A stretch of DNA of 64,000 nt from the NCBI GenBank assembly GCA_041657885.1, contig JBBABB010000002.1, positions 25,483 to 89,482 on the forward strand. The letters run 5' to 3'. Shown here piece by piece: positions 29,437-38,641 of this stretch. Under the pieces are notes generated by a model that was not told where the DNA came from, searched no databases, and saw nothing but the letters and a program-made list of their open reading frames with translations. How positions within the stretch are numbered: the first letter of the stretch is position 1; the number at the start of each line of letters is the position of its first letter. Source of the DNA: Minisyncoccota bacterium (lineage in GTDB: Bacteria > Patescibacteriota > Minisyncoccia > Phycocordibacterales > UBA9973). Position numbers and translations under genes: made by a program.

Positions 29437-30085
29437 ATTTCTTCTTTTGAAAAAGAGTTTCAAGTAATGCCACCTTATCTGGTTCGCCGACGAATTCAAT
29501 ATTTTGCTCAATCGGGTTTAGTTGGTGATTAAAAATATTTTTCATTTCGTCTTTATTGAAAAAATGATAATGAACACCATATTTTTGAAATTCTCCACTT
29601 TTTGAACCTTTTGGAAAAAATTCAAAAAAGTGTTGCGTCTCTCGAGAAAGAGATGTGTTTAAGTAAAATCCTCCGGGTTTCAAGACACGGCTTATTTCAC
29701 TTGCGTATTGTTCCCAATCTTCTTTATATAAATTCTCCATTAATCCAAAATCACAAACCCCATCAAAACTATCATCAGTAAAAGGAATATCTAGCGCGCT
29801 TCCTTCCACAAATTTTAATTTGCCCTCAAGTCCCCAGTTCTTTACATCTTCATTTGTTTTTTTAACTATATTACTTTCAAAATCAAGACCAATTACTCGA
29901 TAACCTGCATCAACTAATTGTTTTGCAAAAAGTCCACGTCCAGAGCCTACGTCTAAAATAAGCGCGCCTAACGGGAGTTGTTCCATAAGCATTTTCCCTC
30001 TATCTTTCATGGGAAGATGAGTCCAAATATCTGAACCAGTCCTATACGCCGTCTCAAAATATTCTTTGTGTTTGTCGTAATCCAT
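29435..30085 (-). CDS. Class I SAM-dependent methyltransferase
   Basis: ILDVGSGRG, IPFTDDSFD, RVLKPGG. Confidence 0.9.
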   Translation of the reverse strand: MDYDKHKEYFETAYRTGSDIWTHLPMKDRGKMLMEQLPLGALILDVGSGRGLFAKQLVDAGYRVIGLDFESNIVKKTNEDVKNWGLEGKLKFVEGSALDIPFTDDSFDGVCDFGLMENLYKEDWEQYASEISRVLKPGGFYLNTSLSRETQHFFEFFPKGSKSGEFQKYGVHYHFFNKDEMKNIFNHQLNPIEQNIEFVGEPDKVALLETLFQKKK

Positions 30086-30233
30086 ATGTTTATTATAACA
30101 CTACACAACAAATAAAAACACGAAGTAAAAATGTTCTCGAGCGAACCCTTTCGCAGGCTGTCGAGCCGAGAAGAGAAATTTTTCAGCAGAAAAATATTCG
30201 TGGTGAGTCCGAGAATTTTTTTATGGAGTGTTT

Positions 30234-31223
30234 TTATTTGCTATGAAATTTCTTATGCACATCTCGAAGTTGTTTATCTGTAACATGAGTATATATCTGA
30301 GTGGTTGCAATATTTGCATGGCCGAGCATCATTTGAACTGAACGGATATCGGCACCATTAGAAAGTAAATCCGTCGCAAACGAGTGGCGAATAACGTGAG
30401 GTGTAACTTTTTTTGAGATACCGGCAACTATTGCATAATATTTTACAATGCGTTCTACAGAGCGGGGAGTAAGACGATTTGTATTAGAGGTCGTACCTCT
30501 AGTGCTCCCGAGGTCCGACCTCTGATTTCTTGAATACTGTATAAATAATGGTTCATCCATATCCTTGCGAGCTTTCAGATATTCACGAATTGCATTTTTT
30601 GCAGAATCGGACAAAAACACAACTCGAACTTTTTCTCCTTTACCACGGACAGAGAATTCATCTTTGGATAAATCCAAATCTCGGTCAAGAGAGCAAAGTT
30701 CGGACAAACGTAACCCTGTTGAGAAAAACAATTCTAATATCGCTTTATCTCGTAAAATTTTCTGTGTTTTAGAGGTCAGATCTCTAGTGCTCCCGAGGTC
30801 TGACCTCTTTAATAATTCATTTGGTGCATTCAATAATCTATTGAGTTCATCAACGGATATTAAATCAAGCGAGCGCTCTTTTATTTTTGCTAGGTCTATG
30901 CGGTCGGGAGGTAGGGAAGTAATATCTCTTTTCATTAAATATTTGAGAAATGAGCGAAGGGCAATCAAGTGATAATTCTGAGTATTTTTCTTTAGTGTAC
31001 TTGATTGTTGTCCACTAACTTTTACTCCCGGCTGACGATTAAGGAACAGGCGAAATTCACGAATCTTTTCGTCAGTTATTTCTTTTGGTCCCGAAATTTT
31101 GGCAAATTCAAAAAAGCGACTTATATAATGGTCATAATTATTAACCGTTTTTAAACTATTGCCTTTCTCAATTTCAACATGTTCAAGAAATTCTCTTTTT
31201 AATTGTTCAAGTTCGGTAGTCAC
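30234..31223 (-). CDS. XerC/XerD family tyrosine recombinase (two palindromic inserts)
   Basis: STGLRLSEL, GKGEKVR, TPHVIRHSFAT, LGHANIATTQIY. Confidence 0.93.
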   Translation of the reverse strand: MTTELEQLKREFLEHVEIEKGNSLKTVNNYDHYISRFFEFAKISGPKEITDEKIREFRLFLNRQPGVKVSGQQSSTLKKNTQNYHLIALRSFLKYLMKRDITSLPPDRIDLAKIKERSLDLISVDELNRLLNAPNELLKRSDLGSTRDLTSKTQKILRDKAILELFFSTGLRLSELCSLDRDLDLSKDEFSVRGKGEKVRVVFLSDSAKNAIREYLKARKDMDEPLFIQYSRNQRSDLGSTRGTTSNTNRLTPRSVERIVKYYAIVAGISKKVTPHVIRHSFATDLLSNGADIRSVQMMLGHANIATTQIYTHVTDKQLRDVHKKFHSK

Positions 31224-31598
31224 ATTTACATTATATCATCTCTCCAGTCTAATGTCGCAAAATAAAAAATCAAGCCGAACCTCGTGAGAGATTCGGCTTT
31301 TAGATTTGTTTCAAACAAAAACTTGGGCACTCAAGACCCGGACCGTTTTGATTTCGATAAGCTCTTGCAAGAAACGTTACTGGTAATGGCATGCCAGGAC
31401 TTTGACGAATTTGATGAACTCAGTTGAGCAATCATAGGACATGTCCTCCATTAAATTTTGTCCAACATTTAGGGGTGCTGGGCTTTCCCCAAAGAACTGT
31501 TTGAATCCAATGATAGTATATAGGTAATATTGGGATAAATCAAACAAAAACACAGAGAGGTTGCATTTATTAACAATTTGTGCTAGTATATACTCACG

Positions 31599-31859
31599 AT
31601 GTTAACAACGAAGAAAAAGCAAAATATTATAAAAAAGAATCAGTTACACGACAAAGATACTGGTAGCCCTGAAGTGCAGATTGCTATTTTGAGCAAAAGA
31701 ATCAACGAGCTTGCTGGACACCTAAAGGAACACAAAAAAGACAACAGTTCCCGACGTGGATTGATAAAGATGGTAGCTGACCGAAGAAATCACCTCAAAC
31801 ATCTTGAAAAGACCGACAAGGAAAGATTTATGTTTGAGACCCAAAAATTAAAAGCATAA
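31599..31859 (+). CDS. rpsO: 30S ribosomal protein S15
   Basis: [12 protein letters not shown]...[11 protein letters not shown]. Confidence 0.97.
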   Translation: MLTTKKKQNIIKKNQLHDKDTGSPEVQIAILSKRINELAGHLKEHKKDNSSRRGLIKMVADRRNHLKHLEKTDKERFMFETQKLKA

Positions 31860-31930
31860 CAAAATCTCGGCATTAGTCGGGATTTTGTTATTTAGTAAAA
31901 TAGTTGTTAATATAAAAGAAGGTCGATAAT

Positions 31931-32019
31931 CCCGTAAAAATTTGATTACAAATTCACGGGATAAATTAATTTTTAAATATAAGAAAAACCCCGTAAAAAT
32001 TTGATTACAAATTCACGGG
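31931..32019. repeat. Two identical 30-bp palindromic repeats separated by 29 bp
   Basis: CCCGTAAAAATTTGATTACAAATTCACGGG at 31931-31960 and 31990-32019. Confidence 0.9.
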
Positions 32020-32028
32020 GCAAGTAAT

Positions 32029-32532
32029 ATGATAATAAAACACAAGGAGCAGAGAGTAGGAGTTTTTATAGATACCTCAAATCTATATCATAGTGCGAAA
32101 AATTTATATAAGAGAAAAGTAAACTTTGGAGCAGTTTTAAAAGACGCAGTAGCAGGGCGTAAACTTGTCCGCGCAATTGCATATGTTATAACAAGTGAAG
32201 GAGGTGAAGAAAAGAATTTTTTTGAAGCATTGACAAAACTTGGGATTGAAACAAAAACAAAAGAATTACAAATATTTTCAGGGGGAGTAAAAAAGGGTGA
32301 CTGGGATGTCGGACTTGCGGTTGATGTGATGAAAATGGCACCAAAGCTTGACGCTGTAATTTTAGTAGCTGGTGATGGGGACTTTGTCCCACTGGTAGAA
32401 TATTTACAAAGTACTTCAGGAGTTCAAGTAGAAGTCGTATCTTTTGGAAAGAGCGCATCTATGAAATTAAAAGAACAAGCCGATGATTTCCTAGACCTAT
32501 CAAACAATTACCGCAAATATTTAATTTACTAA
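32029..32532 (+). CDS. NYN domain (LabA/DUF88) protein
   Basis: VFIDTSNL, KKGDWDVGLAVD, GDGDF. Confidence 0.92.
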   Translation: MIIKHKEQRVGVFIDTSNLYHSAKNLYKRKVNFGAVLKDAVAGRKLVRAIAYVITSEGGEEKNFFEALTKLGIETKTKELQIFSGGVKKGDWDVGLAVDVMKMAPKLDAVILVAGDGDFVPLVEYLQSTSGVQVEVVSFGKSASMKLKEQADDFLDLSNNYRKYLIY

Positions 32533-32671
32533 ACACAAAAAACACTCTTTATTAAAAGAGTGTTTTTTGCTATAATGGAATCATTAATAATTAATTTGTT
32601 AATCTCCGGACAGTTAGAGTTGAAGCCACAAATAGGTTTCAAAACTAGGGTCTGGGGACTAGCTAAAATAT

Positions 32672-34798
32672 ATGCATAGCAAAGAATACGAAGTAGAAAT
32701 TGGTGGTAAGAAAATTACCGCATTGTTTAGTGACCTAGCTGACCAAGCAAACGGTTCAGTAATATTAAAAAGTGAGGGGACTGTGGTGATGGCAACTGCT
32801 GTCATTTCCAAGGATGGGAAAAATAATCCTGGATTTTTTAATTTGACTGTTGAGTATTTAGAAAAGTTTTATGCAGCAGGGAAAATTCTCGGCGGACAAT
32901 TCAACAAAAGAGAGGGAAGACCAAGTGACCAAGCGATATTGGCTGCTCGCATGACCGACCGCGCAATTCGTCCACTTTTTGACCACAAAATAAAAAACGC
33001 TGTCCAATTAATTATCACTGTTATCGCCATCGGTAAAGCAGACCCTAAAACTCTAGGAGTAAATGCAGCTTCTATTGCTCTCCATGTGTCAGATATTCCT
33101 TGGGCAGGCCCTGTTGGCGCAGTTCACGTAAGCAAAACAAAAGAAAATCCTACTATTCAAATTAATGATTACATTCCAAATTCTGACGAGGCAGTATACG
33201 CACTTGATTTACTTGTTTGTGGGAAAGACAAGACAATCAACATGATTGAATCAATGGCTTTTGAATTATCTGAAGAGGAAATGGGGAAATGTTTTGATTT
33301 GGCAGTAGTTGAGATAACCAAGTGGGAAGAATTTCAAAATAAATTAAGAAGTGAATTTGGTAAAACTAAAATCACCTTCGAAAAGGTAGAGACACCAAAA
33401 GAGATTGTTTCACTTTTTGAAGAAAAAATTAAATTAGAATTGGATAAAGGGTTATTCAGTAGCAAAAGTAAACAAGTTATAAATAAAACCGAAGCTGATT
33501 GGAAAAATATAATTGATGAAAAATATAAAGATGATGAAGAGGATGAAAGAAAACATGTGGCTTACGATTACATGCACCATTATCTAGATAAAAAGTTTCA
33601 TGAGAAAGCATTAAAAGAAAATATTCGTGCCGATGGACGCAAACTTGATGAGATTAGAAACCTCTACGCTAAGGCAGGAGGAATATCGGAAATTTTACAT
33701 GGTTCAGGAATATTTTATAGAGGTGAAACTCACGTAATGTCAGTTCTTACTCTTGATGGACCTGAATCAATGTACGCAATTGACGGAGTAGAAGCATCTT
33801 ATAAAAAACGCTTTATGCATCACTATAATTTCCCTCCGTACTCAAGTGGTGAAACAGGAAGAGTCGGCGGAATAAATCGCAGAGAAATGGGACATGGATT
33901 TTTGGCAGAGAAAGCTCTCACTCCGGTAATTCCAGAAAAGGCAATTTTCCCTTACACAATTCGCGTGGTTTCTGAATCAACAGCTTCAAATGGTTCTACT
34001 TCTCAAGCTTCAATCTGTGCAGCAACAATAGCTTTGATGGATGGAGGAGTACCCATCGCAAATCCCGTCGCTGGAATTTCTGTCGGTTTGATGATAGATG
34101 AAAATGACAAAAATAAATACGTTCTTCTTTCTGACATCCAAGGACCCGAAGATCACTACGGCGACATGGATTTTAAAGTTGCTGGAACTGTAAACGGAAT
34201 CACCGCAATACAACTTGATGTGAAAGTTGATGGAGTTCCTGTAAATATATTAAAAGAAGCACTAACTCGCGCACGGATTGCTCGATTGAAAATCATAGGA
34301 ACAATTCTCGCTGAAATTCCAAAACCAAGAGAATCAATTTCTCCAAATGCGCCAAAAATCCTTACCATAAAAATTAAAAAAGACCAGATTGGTACAATTA
34401 TTGGGCCGGGGGGTAAAAACATAAATGCTATTCGTGAAGAAACAGGTACAGATATCACAATAGAAGAAGATGGAACGATTTTTGTAACAGGAAAAAATGA
34501 TGGAGCGGACCGTGCAATAGTTATTATAGAGAGTATGACTCATGAATATAAAATAGGAGATATTGCCACAGGGGAAGTCGTTAAGCTTATGGATTTTGGA
34601 GCTTTTGTTCGTATTGGATATGATACCGAAGGGCTAGTTCACATATCAGAGATTGCCCCATTCCGTGTTGAGAAAGTTTCTGATATCCTTAAAGAAGGGG
34701 ACAAAGTTCCTGTGAAAATTATTAAGGTTGATGAGAGAGGACGTTTAAATTTCTCAATCAAAGAAGCGGATAAAAATTTCTTTAAACCCAAAGTTTAA
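32672..34798 (+). CDS. pnp: Polyribonucleotide nucleotidyltransferase
   Basis: Two RNase PH cores, RREMGHG, DMDFKVAGT, KH and S1 domains. Confidence 0.97.
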   Translation: MHSKEYEVEIGGKKITALFSDLADQANGSVILKSEGTVVMATAVISKDGKNNPGFFNLTVEYLEKFYAAGKILGGQFNKREGRPSDQAILAARMTDRAIRPLFDHKIKNAVQLIITVIAIGKADPKTLGVNAASIALHVSDIPWAGPVGAVHVSKTKENPTIQINDYIPNSDEAVYALDLLVCGKDKTINMIESMAFELSEEEMGKCFDLAVVEITKWEEFQNKLRSEFGKTKITFEKVETPKEIVSLFEEKIKLELDKGLFSSKSKQVINKTEADWKNIIDEKYKDDEEDERKHVAYDYMHHYLDKKFHEKALKENIRADGRKLDEIRNLYAKAGGISEILHGSGIFYRGETHVMSVLTLDGPESMYAIDGVEASYKKRFMHHYNFPPYSSGETGRVGGINRREMGHGFLAEKALTPVIPEKAIFPYTIRVVSESTASNGSTSQASICAATIALMDGGVPIANPVAGISVGLMIDENDKNKYVLLSDIQGPEDHYGDMDFKVAGTVNGITAIQLDVKVDGVPVNILKEALTRARIARLKIIGTILAEIPKPRESISPNAPKILTIKIKKDQIGTIIGPGGKNINAIREETGTDITIEEDGTIFVTGKNDGADRAIVIIESMTHEYKIGDIATGEVVKLMDFGAFVRIGYDTEGLVHISEIAPFRVEKVSDILKEGDKVPVKIIKVDERGRLNFSIKEADKNFFKPKV

Positions 34799-34809
34799 AA
34801 TTTAAAAAA

Positions 34810-35712
34810 ATGGAGGAAGAAAAAAAACAACCAAATTACAAAGATGCAAAAGTTCTCAGAACTTATACTTCTGATATGGTAGATGTTATTAGAACAGATG
34901 AGGTCTCTGTAATAAAAATTGCTCTAGCAGAAAAAGAAAAGAGAGAGCGTGAGGCTATGTATAAAAAAGCAGAAGGAACAAAAACTTCAAAAATACTCCT
35001 TGTGATAGGAGGAGTAGTTTTAATTGTAGCCGCAATTATCGGGTCATACTTTTTGATTCAAAAGAAAAAAGAAAAAGATACTCCAAAGCAAGTAGCGAGT
35101 GGAGTTGAAACTTTCATTACATATAACGCGCAATCATATATTGATGTGACAAACGCAACTAATATTATTGAATTATTAGATACAATCAAGCAACAAGAGT
35201 CCGTATCTCAAGGATTGATAAAAACATTGTTTCTGACAAGAAAAACAAATAACATATCTGAGTTATTAACATCAAAAAATTTCCTTTCTTTAATTAAAAC
35301 AAGCATACCGGGAGCACTGACAAGGTCTCTATCTGATAAATATTTACTTGGAAAATATTCAAATCCAAATGCTACAAATGAGCAAGATAAATCTGCAATG
35401 TTTTTAATTTTCCAGACAACCGACTACACCCAAGCTTATGCATCTATGCTCTCTTGGGAAGGAACAATGCTGAAAGATTTGTTTATTTTATTTAATATCA
35501 ATATGGGTAAATCCGATAATACCCTTTTTGAAAAACCATGGAAAGACATTATTATAAATAATAAAGATGCTCGTGTCTTATACAATGATAATGGAGAAGC
35601 AATACTTTACTATGTTTTTGTAAATAAAAATAATCTTGTTATTACAAGTAGCACAGAGGCAATAAAAGAAATAATCTCACGATTACTCATAAAAAATGCC
35701 AAGCCTTTATAA
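34810..35712 (+). CDS. Single-pass membrane hypothetical protein
   Basis: LRTYTSD N-terminal motif, one TM helix. Confidence 0.7.
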   Translation: MEEEKKQPNYKDAKVLRTYTSDMVDVIRTDEVSVIKIALAEKEKREREAMYKKAEGTKTSKILLVIGGVVLIVAAIIGSYFLIQKKKEKDTPKQVASGVETFITYNAQSYIDVTNATNIIELLDTIKQQESVSQGLIKTLFLTRKTNNISELLTSKNFLSLIKTSIPGALTRSLSDKYLLGKYSNPNATNEQDKSAMFLIFQTTDYTQAYASMLSWEGTMLKDLFILFNINMGKSDNTLFEKPWKDIIINNKDARVLYNDNGEAILYYVFVNKNNLVITSSTEAIKEIISRLLIKNAKPL

Positions 35713-35742
35713 GGTTGTCATTTATTATATAAATGATAATAT

Positions 35743-36108
35743 ATGGACATGATAAAAATTTACAAAACAAAATTGGAGGAGGAAAAGAAATTATTAGAAG
35801 ATGAGTTAAGTACTCTTGGCCAAATAGATAAAATGGGAGATTGGGAAGCAACACCTGAGGCTGAAATGAATAGCCAAGAAGTTCAAGATGAGGGTGATAT
35901 GGCAGAGCGGGCAGAAGATTATGAGGAACGCTCAATCAAGTTAGATTTACTCGAGTTGAGACTTTCTGATATAAACAAAGCTCTAGAAAATATTGAGAGT
36001 GGTAAATATGGAATTTGTGAAAATTGTAAAAAAGAAATCGGAAAAGATCGACTAGAAGTAAATCCCGCAGCTCGTACTTGTAAAGAGTGTATGGATAAAA
36101 TTGTTTAA
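35743..36108 (+). CDS. TraR/DksA C4 zinc-finger protein
   Basis: YGICENC...I...RLEVNPAARTCKEC; DMAE coiled-coil tip. Confidence 0.92.
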   Translation: MDMIKIYKTKLEEEKKLLEDELSTLGQIDKMGDWEATPEAEMNSQEVQDEGDMAERAEDYEERSIKLDLLELRLSDINKALENIESGKYGICENCKKEIGKDRLEVNPAARTCKECMDKIV

Positions 36109-36153
36109 CTTTGTTAAAAATCTGAAATAATTATTTCGGGGTTTTATATTTAT

Positions 36154-37722
36154 ATGTCATTCTCAAGAATTTATTCTGCTCAAACACATTTATTAAAAGG
36201 CAAAATTGTAACTATTGAAGTTGATATTACAAAGAAAACTTTGCATTCTTTTACTTTAGTTGGACTTCCAGATAAAGCAGTCGATGAATCGAAGGATAGA
36301 ATGAGCTCGGCTTTAAAAAACTCGGGGTTTGAATCCCCTAAAAACCAAAACCAGAAAGTAGTTATATCCCTTTCTCCGGCTGATCTCAAAAAAGAAGGGC
36401 CATATTTTGATTTAGCAATTGCTCTTTCTTATCTACTTTCAGCTGAAGAAATAAATTTTGAGCCCGAGGGGAGAATTTTTCTTGGAGAGTTATCACTCAA
36501 CGGTGAACTACGACCAATAAAAGGGGCATTACCACTCACACAAGAAGCAAAGCGTCTTGGATATAAAGAAATATTTTTGCCAATAGATAACGCCCCCGAA
36601 GCAGCACTTGTGGACGAGATTACAATATATGGAGCAAAAAATTTGAAAGAGGTCATAGACCATATTTATATTATTAAAAAAGATAAGAAAGGAAATGCAC
36701 TGGAAAAAGAAAGACCTAAAATATCTTCCTTCCCAAAAACTGAAATTATCCACAAAGAAAAAACAGGCAATATTGATTTCTCTGATATTAAAGGCCAAGA
36801 AGGAGCGAAACGTGGATTAGAAATTGCAGCGAGCGGTGGGCACAATATAGCAATGTCGGGTCCTCCGGGAACTGGGAAAACAATGCTGGCTAGAGTTTTC
36901 TCTCAAATACTTCCAGATTTGGATAAAGATGATTGCCTTGAAATTACGGGGATACATTCTGTCGTTGGATTATTAGAAGATGCGATTATCACAGACCCAC
37001 CATTTAGAGCTCCACATCACACTGCAAGCTATGTCTCAATGATCGGTGGTGGAGCAAATCCAAAACCAGGAGAGGTAACTCTGGCTCATAGAGGAGTATT
37101 ATTCCTTGATGAATTTCCAGAGTTTGAGAAAAGAGTTTTAGAATCACTTCGTCAGCCACTTGAAGATAATATTGTTTCAATTTCACGTGCTCGAGGGTCT
37201 GCAATTTTTCCATCAAATTTTATTTTAGTTGCGGCAATGAATCCTTGTCCGTGTGGAAACAAGGGCAACAAACAAAAAGAATGTATCTGTAAGCAAGGAG
37301 ACCTTGACCGTTATAAAAGAAAACTTTCAGGTCCTATTATGGATCGCATAGATATCTGGGTTACCGTCGGGAATGTGGATTATGAAAAACTTTCAAGTGA
37401 ATTACAAGAAGGAGAGAAGACAAATACAATAAAAGAAAGAGTTAAAAAAGCTCGTGATATACAAATAAAAAGATTCAAAAATTCTCCAAGAAAAATAAAT
37501 ACAAACAGCGAAATGAATGTTAAAGAGCTTAATCTTTACGCACCGCTTACTGATGAGATAAAAAAACTGTTAAACCAAAGTGCTGAACGACTCCAGCTCT
37601 CCGCTCGTGCGTATCATCGCACTATCAAACTCGCCCGTACCATCGCTGACTTAGAAGGAAGTGTAAATATAACACAGTCACATATACTTGAAGCACTACA
37701 ATATCGTCCACGCGAAAATTAA
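36154..37722 (+). CDS. comM: ComM/YifB Mg-chelatase-like AAA+ ATPase
   Basis: VGLPD, GPPGTGKT, PGEVTLAHRGVLFLDE, MNPCPCG. Confidence 0.93.
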   Translation: MSFSRIYSAQTHLLKGKIVTIEVDITKKTLHSFTLVGLPDKAVDESKDRMSSALKNSGFESPKNQNQKVVISLSPADLKKEGPYFDLAIALSYLLSAEEINFEPEGRIFLGELSLNGELRPIKGALPLTQEAKRLGYKEIFLPIDNAPEAALVDEITIYGAKNLKEVIDHIYIIKKDKKGNALEKERPKISSFPKTEIIHKEKTGNIDFSDIKGQEGAKRGLEIAASGGHNIAMSGPPGTGKTMLARVFSQILPDLDKDDCLEITGIHSVVGLLEDAIITDPPFRAPHHTASYVSMIGGGANPKPGEVTLAHRGVLFLDEFPEFEKRVLESLRQPLEDNIVSISRARGSAIFPSNFILVAAMNPCPCGNKGNKQKECICKQGDLDRYKRKLSGPIMDRIDIWVTVGNVDYEKLSSELQEGEKTNTIKERVKKARDIQIKRFKNSPRKINTNSEMNVKELNLYAPLTDEIKKLLNQSAERLQLSARAYHRTIKLARTIADLEGSVNITQSHILEALQYRPREN

Positions 37723-37749
37723 ATCGCAAATTAATCTTAAAAACATATC

Positions 37750-37785
37750 TGTAACACTTGCCAACGGGTGTAGGCATCTGTTACA
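37750..37785. repeat. 36-bp palindromic repeat, copy 1
   Basis: TGTAACACTTGCCAACGGGTGTAGGCATCTGTTACA. Confidence 0.9.
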
Positions 37786-37793
37786 CTAAACAA

Positions 37794-38357
37794 ATGATGA
37801 AATTCAAAAAAGAGAACCTACAACATGGAGCTCAAACTTTAGGAAATATATTACTGGCGAGCGTCGCTATTGCTGGAATAGCAGGTGTCGCAGTTTTTGC
37901 TCCAAATGCAATGCAAATAATTAAATACGTAATTCCCGAGGATGATATAAAACGTCACTATAAATATCGAATAAATAGTAGTCTAAAAAAACTAATCACT
38001 AATGGATATCTAGTAGAGAAAATTGTTAATAATAAAAAGGTTATTGTGCTTACTAATAAAGGTAAATTACGCTATGAATCTCTTAAAGAACATAAAAATC
38101 AAAAATGGGATGGTAAGTGGAGGGTTGTATCTTTTGATGTTTATGAAAAAAATAGAAAGAAGAGAGATTTACTACGTCAAGAACTTCAAGCATATGGATT
38201 TCAAATGATGCATCAAAGTATGTGGATATATCCTTATCCTTGCGATGAATATATAGCATTATTAAAGTCAAATTTATCCTTTGGAAAAAATGTTCAATAT
38301 ATGTTAGTTGATTATGTAGATATGCACATTGAGCTGAAAAGAATGTTCGATTTATAA
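37794..38357 (+). CDS. PaaX-like protein (winged helix plus Cas2-like domain)
   Basis: LTNKG...WDGKWRVVSFDV.E..R..RD.LR..L...GF....QSMW; start placed at ATG 37794. Confidence 0.85.
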   Translation: MMKFKKENLQHGAQTLGNILLASVAIAGIAGVAVFAPNAMQIIKYVIPEDDIKRHYKYRINSSLKKLITNGYLVEKIVNNKKVIVLTNKGKLRYESLKEHKNQKWDGKWRVVSFDVYEKNRKKRDLLRQELQAYGFQMMHQSMWIYPYPCDEYIALLKSNLSFGKNVQYMLVDYVDMHIELKRMFDL

Positions 38358-38377
38358 ATAAATCAAACTTAAACAAG

Positions 38378-38413
38378 TGTAACACTTGTCAACGGGTGTA
38401 GGTATCTGTTACA
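38378..38413. repeat. 36-bp palindromic repeat, copy 2
   Basis: TGTAACACTTGTCAACGGGTGTAGGTATCTGTTACA, 34/36 identical to copy 1. Confidence 0.9.
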
Positions 38414-38442
38414 AATACAAAAAAATAGATTACTTGGTAATC

Positions 38443-38583
38443 TTAAATTTCTTTGTCGAGACGTTTTGCTTCGGCCCAAGAGAGCTCGTAGATTTTTTTC
38501 ATTGCATCGGCAATTTCGGCACTTTCTATAATTATTCCGAGCTTTTCTCGCCATGAGGCAATCATAATTTTATTGTCGTAAAC
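38443..38583 (-). pseudogene. C-terminal remnant of a TrmB-family paralogue
   Basis: Manual translation VYDNKIMIASWREKLGIIIESAEIADAMKKIYELSWAEAKRLDKEI* aligns without gaps to the C-terminus of 26432..27226. Confidence 0.85.
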
Positions 38584-38619
38584 AAAGAGGCTCGGCGACT
38601 AAAGTCGCCGAGCCTCTTT
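38584..38619. repeat. Perfect 17-bp-stem hairpin (REP-like or terminator)
   Basis: AAAGAGGCTCGGCGACT-AA-AGTCGCCGAGCCTCTTT. Confidence 0.8.
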
Positions 38620-38641
38620 TAATTATTAATTCTTAATTATT

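Noticed and set aside
30234-31223. Prophage or island integrase
   Set aside because: XerC/D-like sequence among housekeeping genes with no phage genes or att sites
31931-32019. Minimal CRISPR array
   Set aside because: Only two repeats, a low-complexity AT spacer and no cas genes; kept as a repeat
37750-38413. CRISPR-Cas locus (36-bp repeats plus Cas2-like gene)
   Set aside because: The repeats enclose a whole gene rather than a spacer, and there is no cas1 or effector
38369-38554. Cys-rich 61-aa ORF from the track
   Set aside because: An alternative frame over the trmB remnant, which has clear homology
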